Assembly: GCA_050250935.1 (NCBI GenBank)
Contig: JBFWNS010000005.1
Location: 88,418-152,417, forward strand
Reading direction: 5' to 3'
Length of the DNA stretch: 64,000 bases
DNA from: Candidatus Margulisiibacteriota bacterium
Lineage (GTDB): Bacteria > Margulisbacteria > Marinamargulisbacteria > JBFWNS01
The notes beneath the pieces are model-generated. The model made no database searches. It was not told where the DNA came from and worked only from the letters and a program-made list of their open reading frames with translations. This document shows positions 10,233-21,122 of the stretch, in pieces (position 1 is the stretch's first letter; every line of letters begins with the position of its first letter). The position numbers were made by a program, and so were the translations under genes.

Positions 10233-12724
10233 TATTTAATGATTTTCAAGAAGCTTAAGCTGGTGGCGATATTAAAGAGAATTTGGGTCCAATCTACAAT
10301 TGCTTTGGTCCAGTTGATGTCAATTTTCGGTTTTTCGGGCACATAAACCATGTCCCCGCGTTCGACAACGCCAGGATTTTTCAGAATAGAGCCATTGGCT
10401 TTAATGACCAAAACGTTGCCTCGGTCGGCATAGTCGCTAAAGCCACCCACCAAATCGATGTAATGATTGGGCGATTTGTTGTCTTCGAAAGCAATGCCTG
10501 TGGATTTTTGAACCCCACCCACCACCAAAATGGCATTGGGAATCGTGGGTACGGTTAAGGAATCCCCATCTTTAACTTCGAAATCGTCTTTAGAACCTTT
10601 AAAATCCTTGTTGATGGCAATAATAACGCGACCTGTATTTTCTTCAATGCGTTTTTGTAAAAAAGCCATGGCTTCGGTATAGGCTTTGCTGGTTTCTGCG
10701 CCGTTGGGGTTCACAGAAGCATTGGGGTTCACTTCATAAATAATGCGTTTTTGTTCTTGCTCAAGAATAATTTTTTGACCTTCTTGGGTTTTGTCTTTCA
10801 AGGCTTCTCGTTTGAAAATGCTGCCAGGCAGAAAGGCGTATTGGGTAAATCCGCCGGCTTTGGCAATGACATCGCTTAAATGTTCGCCGGGTAAACAAAT
10901 GTAGGTGCCTGGGAAAGCCACTTCGCCACTTAGGGTGATTTTGCGAATTTTGGTGGCCTCTGCATTTTCACGAATAAAAATATGGTCGCCAGGTTTTAGG
11001 GTGATGTTCTCTGTGGCATTTGGATTTTTCAAAAACCGTTCCAAATCTAGGGTTAAGGTTTCGTTGGGTGCATCGGGCAATTTTCTGTAAATTTCCACGC
11101 GGTTGAGTTCGGCAAAAGGGGTTGGGGTGGCCAAAAAGACCACATCGCTAACACTCATGTCTTTGAGCAGTTTGTAGTTTCCCGGTTTTTTAACAGCCCC
11201 TTCGATGGACACATCGCGAATGCCGTAAATGTCGGCGTTGCTATAAATTTTGATGCGGTCCCATTCTTTGAGCGGGGTTTTAAGGTTTGCTGGCAAGGAA
11301 AGGTCCACATAGATGAGCTGGCGTTGGTCGTTGGAGACATAGCGCAAAATCTCCACCCGTTTCATAAAGGATTCTTCTTTGGTGCCTTCTGCGGATTTTA
11401 GCAGATCCCCAATGGTTGGGTTGGCTTTCAGGTCGTATTCGCCAGGGCGTTTAATGTTGCCTTCAATCCCCACAAAATTGTGTTTGTCTTCGGAAATGGG
11501 CAGAATGGTTACGATATCGCCGTTTTGCAAAATTCGGTTTTTAAGTTCGTCTTTAAGGTCGTCGAAGGTGTTAAATTTATAGTCCAACAGCGAGAGTTTT
11601 TGGTTGTCGACAATGCGTTGAATTTGAATGCGTTTGGTGTAGGAGCCAGGGGTGGTGCCGCCGCTCAGGTTCATAATGCCATCAAAAACAGAGGTGTTGG
11701 GGGCCAATTCGAAAATAGCAGGCCGTTTGACCATGCCACGAATGGCGGCGACATCGCCAATTGAGGGGACAAAAATCGTGTCGAAGGGTTGCAGTTGAAT
11801 GTCTTGGTAGCGGTCTCCGCGTAGCAGGTAGTCGTAGAGATCGATTGTTTTAACCACTTGGTTTCGACGTTTAATCAGCACTTTGCGCAAAGAGCCCATT
11901 TTGGTGGGGCCTTCGGCAACATACAGGGCCATAAAAGCAGTGGTTAGGGATGGCAAATCGTAGGCGCCAGGTTTGTTGACATCGCCCAAAACAAAGACCT
12001 TAATGGTCCGTAATTGTGCGATCGAGACACTGACATCGAAGTTGGCATAGTCTTTGGAAAGGCTTTGTTTAATGCGGGGGGCAACACTGCCCAAGCTGGA
12101 GCCTGCCAAGCTTAAATAGCCTACTTTTGGCATGAAGATTTTACCATTTTGGTCGATGGTGACATCAATTTTTTCTTCGACTTTCCCCCAAATCTGAATG
12201 GTTAAGGCGTCGCCAGGGCCCAAAATATAGCTGCTGCCAACGGGTACGTCTTTCAGGTTGAACCCGGTATAAGAGGATTGGCGAAACATGGCATAGCCAA
12301 ATTGTTCGAGTTTTGTGGGGCTGGGATCTAGGGTGTCGGGTGTTTTAGTGGAACTGGAAGGGGAGGTGCTGGTGGAAGACGCAATGGAAAAATTCAGTTT
12401 ATCGGTGTCGGCATATTGAAACGATTGTTCGATTCGAGAGGGCATTGGGGCTGGGGATAGCACGGTTTTGCCAGAACCTGCGCTGTCGGAGGTCATATTT
12501 GGGGGTTGGATGTTGGGTATACTTTCAGCTTTGATTTGGTCGAGAGGCTTTCCCACAGCCCCTGCTTGTTGTTGAACCTTTTCTTTCTCTGCAGCGGTCA
12601 GGTTCTGGTACATGTTCAGGTAGGCTGGGAGTGGGCTTTGTGCCTGAATAAAGACAGGTTGTGCAATCAATAGCAGAGCCAAGAGCCAGCACAGGGCAAA
12701 TTTGAAGCGTTTGAAAGGGGTCAT
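10232..12724 (-). CDS. polysaccharide export protein, Wza/KpsD-like with multiple SLBB domains
   Basis: Signal peptide. Poly_export motif YILGPGDALTIQIWGKVEE...GKIFMPKVGYLSLAG. Repeated beta-grasp SLBB-like segments. Unusually long at 830 aa. Confidence 0.8.
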   Translation of the reverse strand: MTPFKRFKFALCWLLALLLIAQPVFIQAQSPLPAYLNMYQNLTAAEKEKVQQQAGAVGKPLDQIKAESIPNIQPPNMTSDSAGSGKTVLSPAPMPSRIEQSFQYADTDKLNFSIASSTSTSPSSSTKTPDTLDPSPTKLEQFGYAMFRQSSYTGFNLKDVPVGSSYILGPGDALTIQIWGKVEEKIDVTIDQNGKIFMPKVGYLSLAGSSLGSVAPRIKQSLSKDYANFDVSVSIAQLRTIKVFVLGDVNKPGAYDLPSLTTAFMALYVAEGPTKMGSLRKVLIKRRNQVVKTIDLYDYLLRGDRYQDIQLQPFDTIFVPSIGDVAAIRGMVKRPAIFELAPNTSVFDGIMNLSGGTTPGSYTKRIQIQRIVDNQKLSLLDYKFNTFDDLKDELKNRILQNGDIVTILPISEDKHNFVGIEGNIKRPGEYDLKANPTIGDLLKSAEGTKEESFMKRVEILRYVSNDQRQLIYVDLSLPANLKTPLKEWDRIKIYSNADIYGIRDVSIEGAVKKPGNYKLLKDMSVSDVVFLATPTPFAELNRVEIYRKLPDAPNETLTLDLERFLKNPNATENITLKPGDHIFIRENAEATKIRKITLSGEVAFPGTYICLPGEHLSDVIAKAGGFTQYAFLPGSIFKREALKDKTQEGQKIILEQEQKRIIYEVNPNASVNPNGAETSKAYTEAMAFLQKRIEENTGRVIIAINKDFKGSKDDFEVKDGDSLTVPTIPNAILVVGGVQKSTGIAFEDNKSPNHYIDLVGGFSDYADRGNVLVIKANGSILKNPGVVERGDMVYVPEKPKIDINWTKAIVDWTQILFNIATSLSFLKIIK

Positions 12725-12775
12725 AAGAGGTTCTTTTTCTTTTGGTTTTTGGGATTGAAACGACTCTCTAATTTA

Positions 12776-13771
12776 TCACAGAGGAATTGTCGTTGACAAA
12801 CCAGAATTCCGCCATTGGCGAGCGTGGCGAATCATGTCTTCCAAGCCTGGAAATTGGGGTGTCCAGCCCAAAATGGCTTTCGCTTTTGTCGCGTTGGCAA
12901 CCAAAATGGCGGGGTCTCCGTCTCGCCTTGGGCCAAAGGTGTGGGGTATGGGTTGGCCCAGTTCTTTTTCGGCAGCTTTTAGAACGTTTAGCACCGAAAA
13001 ACCCTGTCCATTTCCCAAGTTCAGGGTGATCGATTCTGAACCCGAAAGCAAATAGTCCAGCCCCAAAACATGGGCTTCTGCCAGGTCCACCACATGGACA
13101 TAGTCGCGAATACAGGTGCCGTCTGGGGTTGGGTAGTTGTTGCCAAAAATGGTCAGGGGTGGGCGACGGCCCGAGGCGGCGTCAAGCATCAGCGGAATCA
13201 GATGGGTTTCGGGAACATGGCTTTCGCCGATTTGCCCTTCGGGGTCAGACCCGCAGGCATTAAAATAGCGAAAGCAAAGGTGTTTGGTGCCATAGGCTGT
13301 GGCGAAATCGGCCAACATGTTTTCGATGATTAATTTGTTTTGGCCGTAGGGGTTTACAGGGTTTGTGGGGTGGGTTTCGTCGATAGAGGGGGTTAAGGGT
13401 TCGCCATAAACGGCTGCTGTGGACGAAAAGACAATTTTGGAAACCCCAGCTTCAACCAGGGTTTGAAAATAGGCAATCGAAGCCCCCACGTTGTTGGCAT
13501 AATATTTGGCTGGATTTTGCACCGACTCGCCCACATTAATAAAGGCCGCAAAGTGTAAGGCCGCAATGGGGTTGTATTGGGCAATGGTCTCTAGCACTGC
13601 GTCTTTGTTGCAGATGTCGGCCCTAACCAGAGGGCCCCATTGCACAAAGGATTCATAGCCGCTCACCAGGCTATCGATGACCACAGGGGTATAGCCCCGT
13701 TTCGACAAGGCTTTGCAAACCTGAGACCCGATAAATCCAGCGCCACCACTAACCAAAACCGCTTTGTCCAT
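12776..13771 (-). CDS. galE: UDP-glucose 4-epimerase
   Basis: MDKAVLVSGGAGFIGSQV Rossmann motif and SDR catalytic region. Typical 331 aa. Confidence 0.9.
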   Translation of the reverse strand: MDKAVLVSGGAGFIGSQVCKALSKRGYTPVVIDSLVSGYESFVQWGPLVRADICNKDAVLETIAQYNPIAALHFAAFINVGESVQNPAKYYANNVGASIAYFQTLVEAGVSKIVFSSTAAVYGEPLTPSIDETHPTNPVNPYGQNKLIIENMLADFATAYGTKHLCFRYFNACGSDPEGQIGESHVPETHLIPLMLDAASGRRPPLTIFGNNYPTPDGTCIRDYVHVVDLAEAHVLGLDYLLSGSESITLNLGNGQGFSVLNVLKAAEKELGQPIPHTFGPRRDGDPAILVANATKAKAILGWTPQFPGLEDMIRHARQWRNSGLSTTIPL

Positions 13772-13780
13772 GGGGGTCGA

Positions 13781-14833
13781 CTATATCACTGACGGATTTT
13801 CTGTTGCAAACCGTGGGGTAATCAAAAACAGGACATCGGTTCGGCTGGTTTCGGTTTGCTGTCCCCGAAACAATCCCCCAACAAGGGGCAGATCGGCTAA
13901 AAATGGAATTTGGGTTTGGTTGTTTTTGGTTTCTTCTTGTAACAGGCCGGCAATTACCAGGGTCTGGTTGTTTTCCAACTGCACGGTGGTGTCGGTTTTT
14001 CGGGTGGCCAAAACAGGGTATTGTCCGCTGCCAAATTCCTTCCAGACCTTGGCGTTGATAATGGTGGCATTAATATTGCTTAAAACGGTGGTTTTCGAGT
14101 TCAATTTTGGTGTAATGTCCAAGGCAATGCCGGTGTCGACATATTGCACTTGTTGGGACACCGTACGGTCCTGAAAAATCGCCGTTACATAGGGAACGCG
14201 GTCGCCGACTTGGATGCTGGATTTGCTGTTGTCTAGGGTCGATACGGTGGGCTTGGCCAGAACCTTGGCTTTTCCTTCGGTAATCAGTTGGGACAAGGCG
14301 CCTTGAAGGCCTTGAAGGGGCAGTAATTTTCCCGATTCAAAGTCATAATTAATGGCAAATCCGTCGGTAAGGCTGTTAAAAAATGGTTTCCACAAGCTGT
14401 TGTTTTGGTCGGCGACTTCCACAATTTCAATTTCAAACACGATTCGGGCTAGGGGGCTGTCCAGTTGTTCGGCCAGGGCTTTGATGGGTGCCCAGTCTTC
14501 GGGTGTGGCCCAGGCCAACAATTGCCTCGAGCGGGTGTCGGCGCCGATTCTAACCTCGGGAAAGAGGGCTTGAAGTGTTACTTTTAAGAGGGCTGGGTCG
14601 CTGTTATTCAATTGCAGTGTTTGGGGTAGAGGGCCGATGAAGGGCGGTGGCTCTTCTGTTCTGGGCTGGGGTTTTTGAACAGTGATAGCTGGTTTGGGTG
14701 CAGGGGGTTTTGGGGCCAGAAGTTTTTGCAGGATCTCGATTTTGGGATTCAAAGGTTGAGCCGGAAAGACCCAGCTGGGGGTTCCCGTCAGGCTCAATAC
14801 GATCAATAGGACGATTCTGGTTTTGGTTTTCAC
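13781..14833 (-). CDS. short secretin (T2SS/T4P/Tad-type outer-membrane channel)
   Basis: Signal peptide. C-terminal secretin signature VQLENNQTLVIAGLLQEE...IPFLADLPLVGGLFRGQ...TDVLFLITPR. Only 350 aa. Confidence 0.75.
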   Translation of the reverse strand: MKTKTRIVLLIVLSLTGTPSWVFPAQPLNPKIEILQKLLAPKPPAPKPAITVQKPQPRTEEPPPFIGPLPQTLQLNNSDPALLKVTLQALFPEVRIGADTRSRQLLAWATPEDWAPIKALAEQLDSPLARIVFEIEIVEVADQNNSLWKPFFNSLTDGFAINYDFESGKLLPLQGLQGALSQLITEGKAKVLAKPTVSTLDNSKSSIQVGDRVPYVTAIFQDRTVSQQVQYVDTGIALDITPKLNSKTTVLSNINATIINAKVWKEFGSGQYPVLATRKTDTTVQLENNQTLVIAGLLQEETKNNQTQIPFLADLPLVGGLFRGQQTETSRTDVLFLITPRFATENPSVI

Positions 14834-15186
14834 GGCTGCGTTCCTTCAAGAAAGGTTAAGGTGGCTGTCAGGGTGTAGTGGGTTTGCTCAAATGCAACTG
14901 AAAATGTGGGAATGTCGAACCCATAGGTCGGGGCCAAGGCGCAGAGGGCTTTCAGGGTTTCGATGGGGGCTTGGGTTTGGCAGGTGATGTGCCATTGGAA
15001 AGGTTTTTGGTCGAGAATTTGAACCGGCTCGTTTAGGGTTTTGGCTAAAATTTGCAGGGTAAGGGTTGGTTTTTTGGGCGAATGGAACTGGAGTTTTGCA
15101 ATGCTGGTCCAACATAAAATGCCTGCCACAAGGGTGGCCAGGGTTGGGAGCAACAGGGGTTTGAAGGGGTCTAGAAACTGGGGCAT
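14830..15186 (-). CDS. hypothetical bitopic membrane protein (possible GspM/PilO-like secretin partner)
   Basis: 118 aa with an N-terminal TM helix, then a soluble domain. It overlaps the secretin gene by 4 nt. No motif recognised. Confidence 0.3.
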   Translation of the reverse strand: MPQFLDPFKPLLLPTLATLVAGILCWTSIAKLQFHSPKKPTLTLQILAKTLNEPVQILDQKPFQWHITCQTQAPIETLKALCALAPTYGFDIPTFSVAFEQTHYTLTATLTFLEGTQP

Positions 15187-15767
15187 TTTAGGGTGCCTTC
15201 GATGGTGTTTACACCATCGTTAAGTGCCGTAATGGTATGGTCGGTGTGACTCAACGGGGCTTCCAAATCGGATGTGGCCGAGGCAATGCCCGAAAACGTT
15301 AGATGGTTGGCTTTAAACGCCAAGCGGAGGGTCAAAAATCCCTCGGCGTCCATGCTTTCCAAAAAAGGGAGGACTGTTTTAAGGGGAGAAGCGGGTGTGG
15401 GGAGGGGTTTTTGGGGAATCCAGCTAGAGACTGCCCAACCCAGCAATAGCACAACACAAGGTAAGTACAACCACCCATTGTGGGTCAGGCCAAACAAAGC
15501 ATTTGTATTCAAAAGGGTTTTTACAGGATGAGGGTACAGGGCTTTTTCAATAAGGGTTAAGGCAGTCGATTTGGAGTGTGGGAGTTGGTCTAGGGTTTGA
15601 ATCAAGCACGGACTCAACGAAATAGCCGCTTTTGAAGGCAAGGGTTCAGAAATCAGTGTGGAAAGGGTCGGATTCGGTTGGTTTATCCACTCAAAAAAGG
15701 AAACGGGAAGGGTTTTAGCCCCAATCGAGAGTTTGTCTGCAAAAAGTGTGATGACAGGGGTAGGCAT
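15171..15767 (-). CDS. hypothetical membrane protein (possible GspL/PilN-like)
   Basis: 198 aa with a central TM helix (GWLYLPCVVLLLGWAVSSW). It overlaps the downstream gene by 16 nt. Function inferred from context only. Confidence 0.25.
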   Translation of the reverse strand: MPTPVITLFADKLSIGAKTLPVSFFEWINQPNPTLSTLISEPLPSKAAISLSPCLIQTLDQLPHSKSTALTLIEKALYPHPVKTLLNTNALFGLTHNGWLYLPCVVLLLGWAVSSWIPQKPLPTPASPLKTVLPFLESMDAEGFLTLRLAFKANHLTFSGIASATSDLEAPLSHTDHTITALNDGVNTIEGTLKCPSF

Positions 15768-15819
15768 GGCCTAGAATTTAGACAATAAATAAAAATGCGT
15801 CAATATATTATTTTTATAA

Positions 15820-16974
<1,155 letters not shown>

Positions 16975-17535
16975 GTGATTCGAATCGGTCTGATTGGAAG
17001 CAACGGCGCAGGCAAATCTTCGGCCTGCGCTTTTTTTAGGGAACAAGGGTTTGTGGTGGTCTCGTTGTCCGATTTTGTCAGGGAAGAGGCCACCCGAAAA
17101 AACTTGCCCCATAGCCGCGACAATCTCGTGGCCACGGCAAACCTCCTCAAACAAGCGCGTGGCGAGGCGGTGTTGGCCGAAATGGCTTTGGCCAAAATGG
17201 CAACGGTGGACCAACCCATGGCGTTTGATAGCATTCGCAATGTTGCCGAAGTCGAGTTGTTAAAAGCAAATGGGGTCTATTTTATTGGCATCGATGCGCC
17301 TGTGGCCTTGCGGTACGAACGCATTTGTAAGCGCGGATTGGCTGCCGATGCCGTGACTTTTGATCAATTTAAAGCCCAAGATGACCGCGAAAATGAAGGC
17401 CAAAGCAGTGGCCAAAATATCCACGCAGCGCTTCGGGCCTGCAATGTGGTTGTGGACAACACACAGGGCTTGGATGCCTTGGCGTCTCGGCTAACCCAAA
17501 TTTTGAAGGATGTTCAATCATGTCAACCACATTAA
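16975..17535 (+). CDS. P-loop nucleotide/nucleoside kinase-family protein (dephospho-CoA kinase-like)
   Basis: Walker A IGLIGSNGAGKSS near the N-terminus. GTG start abuts the ilvC stop. Confidence 0.5.
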   Translation: MIRIGLIGSNGAGKSSACAFFREQGFVVVSLSDFVREEATRKNLPHSRDNLVATANLLKQARGEAVLAEMALAKMATVDQPMAFDSIRNVAEVELLKANGVYFIGIDAPVALRYERICKRGLAADAVTFDQFKAQDDRENEGQSSGQNIHAALRACNVVVDNTQGLDALASRLTQILKDVQSCQPH

Positions 17536-18788
17536 CCGTGGTGGGGGGAGCCCCGCTGGTGGGAACTGTAAAAGCTGCGGGCGCCAAAAATTCGGCACTG
17601 CCCTTGTTGGCCGCCTGTATTTTGATGGACGGCACATTTGAACTGAGCAACGTTCCCTATTTGCACGACGTCGCCACCATGATCCGCATGTTGAATGCCT
17701 TGGGGCTTCGGGCCGAATATTCGGCAGATAAAGTTAAAATTACAAACAACAAAAAAGTGCGTCACATTGCGCCCTACGAATTGATTACGGCCATGCGAGC
17801 GTCGTTTTTTGTGGCCGGGCCAATTTTGGCCAAAACGGGCTATGCCAAAGTGCCGCTCCCTGGGGGATGTTCGATTGGGTCTCGGCCTGTCGATTTGCAC
17901 ATTAAAGGGTTCCGGGCTCTGGGGGCTCAGGTCAACATTGAACATGGTTTTGTGGATATTAAAGCCTCGAAGTTAAAAGGAACCAAAATTTATCTGGATT
18001 TTCCCTCGGTAGGGGCCACTGAAAACGTCATGATGGCCGCCGCTTTGGCTGAAGGGACCTCGGTGATTGAAAACGCGGCCATGGAGCCCGAAATTACCGA
18101 TTTGGGTGATTTTCTAAACAAAGCCGGCGCCAAAATTACAGGTCATGGTACCCCCAATATTGTGGTTGAGGGGGTTCCTTCTTTAACCGGGGCCAATCAC
18201 GAGGTCATTCCCGACCGTGTGGAGGCCGGCACCTTAATGATTGCTGGGGGCATTACCAAAGGCGATGTGTTGGTCACCCATGTGTCTATTCCCGATTTGG
18301 AGCCGCTGATTGAAAAACTCAAAGAGGCGGGATTAAAAGTCGAGGTGGGGGACAGACAGGTTCGGGTGGCCTATCAGGGAAGCTTGAATGCAGTCAATTT
18401 CGAAACCTTGCCGTTTCCCGGATTTCCCACCGACATGCAAGCCCAAATGATGGCCCTGTTAACGGTGGCCAAAGGGACCAGCGTGGTCAAAGAAGGGATT
18501 TTTGAAAACCGATTCATGCATGCCCCCGAGTTGATGCGCATGGGGGCCTCGATTAAACTGGATATGCAGTATGCTTTTGTAACGGGTGTTGAAAAACTGT
18601 CGGGTGCCGAGGTCAAAATTACCGATCTTCGGGCCGGTGCCGCCCTGATTTTGGCGGGTTTGGCCGCCGATGGCGAAACCAAGGTCCATGGCCTAAACCA
18701 TTTGCGGCGCGGCTATGACCGGTTGCCCGAAAAACTGCAGTCCCTGGGCGCAACCATTGTCGAGCATCACACACAAGGAAGAGGATGA
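17520..18788 (+). CDS. murA: UDP-N-acetylglucosamine 1-carboxyvinyltransferase
   Basis: GAKNSALP, PGGCSIGSRPVDLH, FPTDMQAQ, catalytic Cys loop. 422 aa. Confidence 0.95.
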   Translation: MSTTLTVVGGAPLVGTVKAAGAKNSALPLLAACILMDGTFELSNVPYLHDVATMIRMLNALGLRAEYSADKVKITNNKKVRHIAPYELITAMRASFFVAGPILAKTGYAKVPLPGGCSIGSRPVDLHIKGFRALGAQVNIEHGFVDIKASKLKGTKIYLDFPSVGATENVMMAAALAEGTSVIENAAMEPEITDLGDFLNKAGAKITGHGTPNIVVEGVPSLTGANHEVIPDRVEAGTLMIAGGITKGDVLVTHVSIPDLEPLIEKLKEAGLKVEVGDRQVRVAYQGSLNAVNFETLPFPGFPTDMQAQMMALLTVAKGTSVVKEGIFENRFMHAPELMRMGASIKLDMQYAFVTGVEKLSGAEVKITDLRAGAALILAGLAADGETKVHGLNHLRRGYDRLPEKLQSLGATIVEHHTQGRG

Positions 18789-19645
18789 GCATGAAACACA
18801 AACTTCATTTCACCAAAATGCAGGGGTTGGGCAACGATTTTATTTTGATTGATGGTCTGAATCAGCGTTTGGACGGCATCGATTTTTCCAAAGCGGCCGA
18901 AGGGCTTTGCGACCGCCATTTTGGCATTGGGGCCGATGGCGTCATTTTGGTGTTGCCTTCGACGCACAGCGATTTTAAGATGCGCATTTTTAATGCCGAT
19001 GGATCCGAGCCGCAAATGTGTGGCAATGGCATTCGGTGTTTTGCCAAATTTGTCTATGACGAACAACTGACTCAAAAAGATGTCATTTCTGTAGAAACCT
19101 TGGCAGGGGTCATGGTGCCGGCCCTCATTTTGGAACATGGGGTGGTGAAGGCTGTGGAAGTGGACATGGGCGAACCCGTGTTGCAACGGTCTCGCATTCC
19201 CATTACCGGCCCCGACAGCGACACCGTGGTGGACGAGGTGTTGGCTGTGGATGGCCAGACCTTCCAGTTTACTGGGGTGTCCATGGGCAATCCCCATGCT
19301 GTGGTGTTTGTGGACGATTTAACCACCATCGATTTGAATCGGGTGGGTCCGCTTTGCGAGCATCATGCGTTGTTCCCCGAGCGGGTGAACACCGAGTTTG
19401 TTCAGATCAACGCCTACAATGACGCGGTCATGCTGGTCTGGGAACGTGGGTCTGGGGCAACCTTGGCCTGTGGAACTGGGGCCTGTGCCGTGGTGGTGGC
19501 GGGGGTGTTGGGTGGCAAGCTCAATCGCAAATCCACTGTCCATTTGCCTGGTGGCGATTTGTATATCGACTGGCAAGCCGACGATAACCACGTCATGATG
19601 ACCGGTCCTGCAGACACCGTTTTCAAAGGCGAAGTCGACTTTTAA
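18785..19645 (+). CDS. dapF: diaminopimelate epimerase
   Basis: FTKMQGLGNDFILID, MCGNGIRC and a second active-site Cys (ACGTGACA). ATGA overlap with murA. Confidence 0.9.
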   Translation: MSMKHKLHFTKMQGLGNDFILIDGLNQRLDGIDFSKAAEGLCDRHFGIGADGVILVLPSTHSDFKMRIFNADGSEPQMCGNGIRCFAKFVYDEQLTQKDVISVETLAGVMVPALILEHGVVKAVEVDMGEPVLQRSRIPITGPDSDTVVDEVLAVDGQTFQFTGVSMGNPHAVVFVDDLTTIDLNRVGPLCEHHALFPERVNTEFVQINAYNDAVMLVWERGSGATLACGTGACAVVVAGVLGGKLNRKSTVHLPGGDLYIDWQADDNHVMMTGPADTVFKGEVDF

Positions 19646-19673
19646 TTCAAATTCATTTTAAGAAAGGTCTTTC

Positions 19674-20843
19674 ATGAAACTTACCAACCGCATTAAAAAC
19701 ATACCGCCCTATTTGTTCGCCCAAATCGACGAAAAAAAAGCAGAGGCCAAGGCCAAAGGCATCGACATTGTTGACTTGGGAATTGGGGATCCCGATTTAC
19801 CCACCCCCGATTTTGTTTTGGATGCCATGGAAAAAGCCATTCGCAATCCTCAAACCCACGACTATCCGCCGTATCAAGGCATTTTTGAATTCCGACAAGC
19901 CGTGGCCGACTGGTATATGGACCGGTTTAATGTTTCCTTGGACCCTAATAAAGAGGTGGTGTCTTTAATTGGATCTAAAGAAGGGATTGCCCACGCCTTT
20001 TTAACCTTTTTGGATCCTGGTGATATTGCGATTTTGCCAGATCCAGGCTATCCCGTTTACAAAGTGGCGACGTTGATTGCTGGCGGTGTGCCTTATACGG
20101 TTCCGGTTAACGAAGACAACAACTACGAGGTGGATTTTGATAAAATCGATCCAGCCATTTTGCCCAAAGCCAACATCTTGTTTTTGAACTATCCTGGCAA
20201 CCCCACAGGGGCCATGGCCAGCGATGCTTTTTTTGAACGGGCCATTGCGTTTGGCAAAAAGCACAACATTTTAATTTGTATGGATTTGGCCTATTCCGAG
20301 GTCTATTACGAGGGCTTTAAGCCCCGCAGCATTTTGGAATTTCCAGGGGCCAAAGACATTTGTATCGAATTCCATTCCTTGTCCAAAACCTTCAACATGA
20401 CGGGGTGGCGCATTGGCATGGCCGTGGGAAATGCCGAAGCTGTTCAGGCGTTGGGCAAGATTAAAACCAATGTCGATTCGGGTATTTTCAAGGCCATTCA
20501 ATGGGCCGGCATCGAGGCGTTTAAGCATTATAAACCCTTTGTTGAAAAGCAAAATGGCATTTACCAAGCCCGCCGCGATTTGTTGGTGGATGGGCTAAAC
20601 CAAGTGGGTTGGCCAGTCAAAAAACCCAAGGCCTCGTTTTATATTTGGACCCGGATTCCCCAAGGGTTTACTTCGGCCGACTTTACCATGCACATGCTCG
20701 AAACCCATGGCATTTTGGTGGTGCCCGGCAATGGCTATGGGGACAATGGGGAAGGGTATTGCCGCATGTCCATCACCACGAAAGAAGACCGGCTTCAAGA
20801 GGCGGTTAATCGCTTAAAGGGCCATGGATTTCGCTTTTCCTAG
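19674..20843 (+). CDS. dapL: LL-diaminopimelate aminotransferase
   Basis: N-terminus MKLTNRIKNIPPYLFAQIDEKKAEAKAKGIDIVDLGIGDPDLPTP and a PLP Lys region (SLSKTFNMTGWRIG) characteristic of DapL. Confidence 0.9.
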   Translation: MKLTNRIKNIPPYLFAQIDEKKAEAKAKGIDIVDLGIGDPDLPTPDFVLDAMEKAIRNPQTHDYPPYQGIFEFRQAVADWYMDRFNVSLDPNKEVVSLIGSKEGIAHAFLTFLDPGDIAILPDPGYPVYKVATLIAGGVPYTVPVNEDNNYEVDFDKIDPAILPKANILFLNYPGNPTGAMASDAFFERAIAFGKKHNILICMDLAYSEVYYEGFKPRSILEFPGAKDICIEFHSLSKTFNMTGWRIGMAVGNAEAVQALGKIKTNVDSGIFKAIQWAGIEAFKHYKPFVEKQNGIYQARRDLLVDGLNQVGWPVKKPKASFYIWTRIPQGFTSADFTMHMLETHGILVVPGNGYGDNGEGYCRMSITTKEDRLQEAVNRLKGHGFRFS

Positions 20844-20890
20844 CCCTTTTTTGCGATAGATGTTATCTTTATTCTTCTAAAAAATTTGTA

Positions 20891-20918
20891 AGGGGCCTAT
20901 TCGGGCCCCTTTTTTTGT
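20891..20918 (+). terminator. rho-independent terminator after dapL
   Basis: GC-rich hairpin AGGGGCC-TATTC-GGGCCCCT followed by T7. Confidence 0.8.
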
Positions 20919-21122
20919 GTCTATTTTTTGACGAGGTGTTATTTTATTTGAAGGGAAATTTTTATTAAAGAGGCTAGTTTAATTCACCAATAATTTTCCA
21001 TGCAACTTTTTGAATAAAGATGCGATAAATTTCCGGTATTCCAGATTTTTTTTGCTCGTTTTTTGCCAGTTATCGGTGGTTTCAAAAGCCATCGTGGCCC
21101 AATTATTTTTTCCACGAGGAGT

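Noticed and set aside
21030-21050. GCGATAAA resembling a sigma-28 -10 element upstream of the foreign operon
   Set aside because: No TAAA -35 at the required 15-nt spacing. Probably chance in AT-rich DNA.
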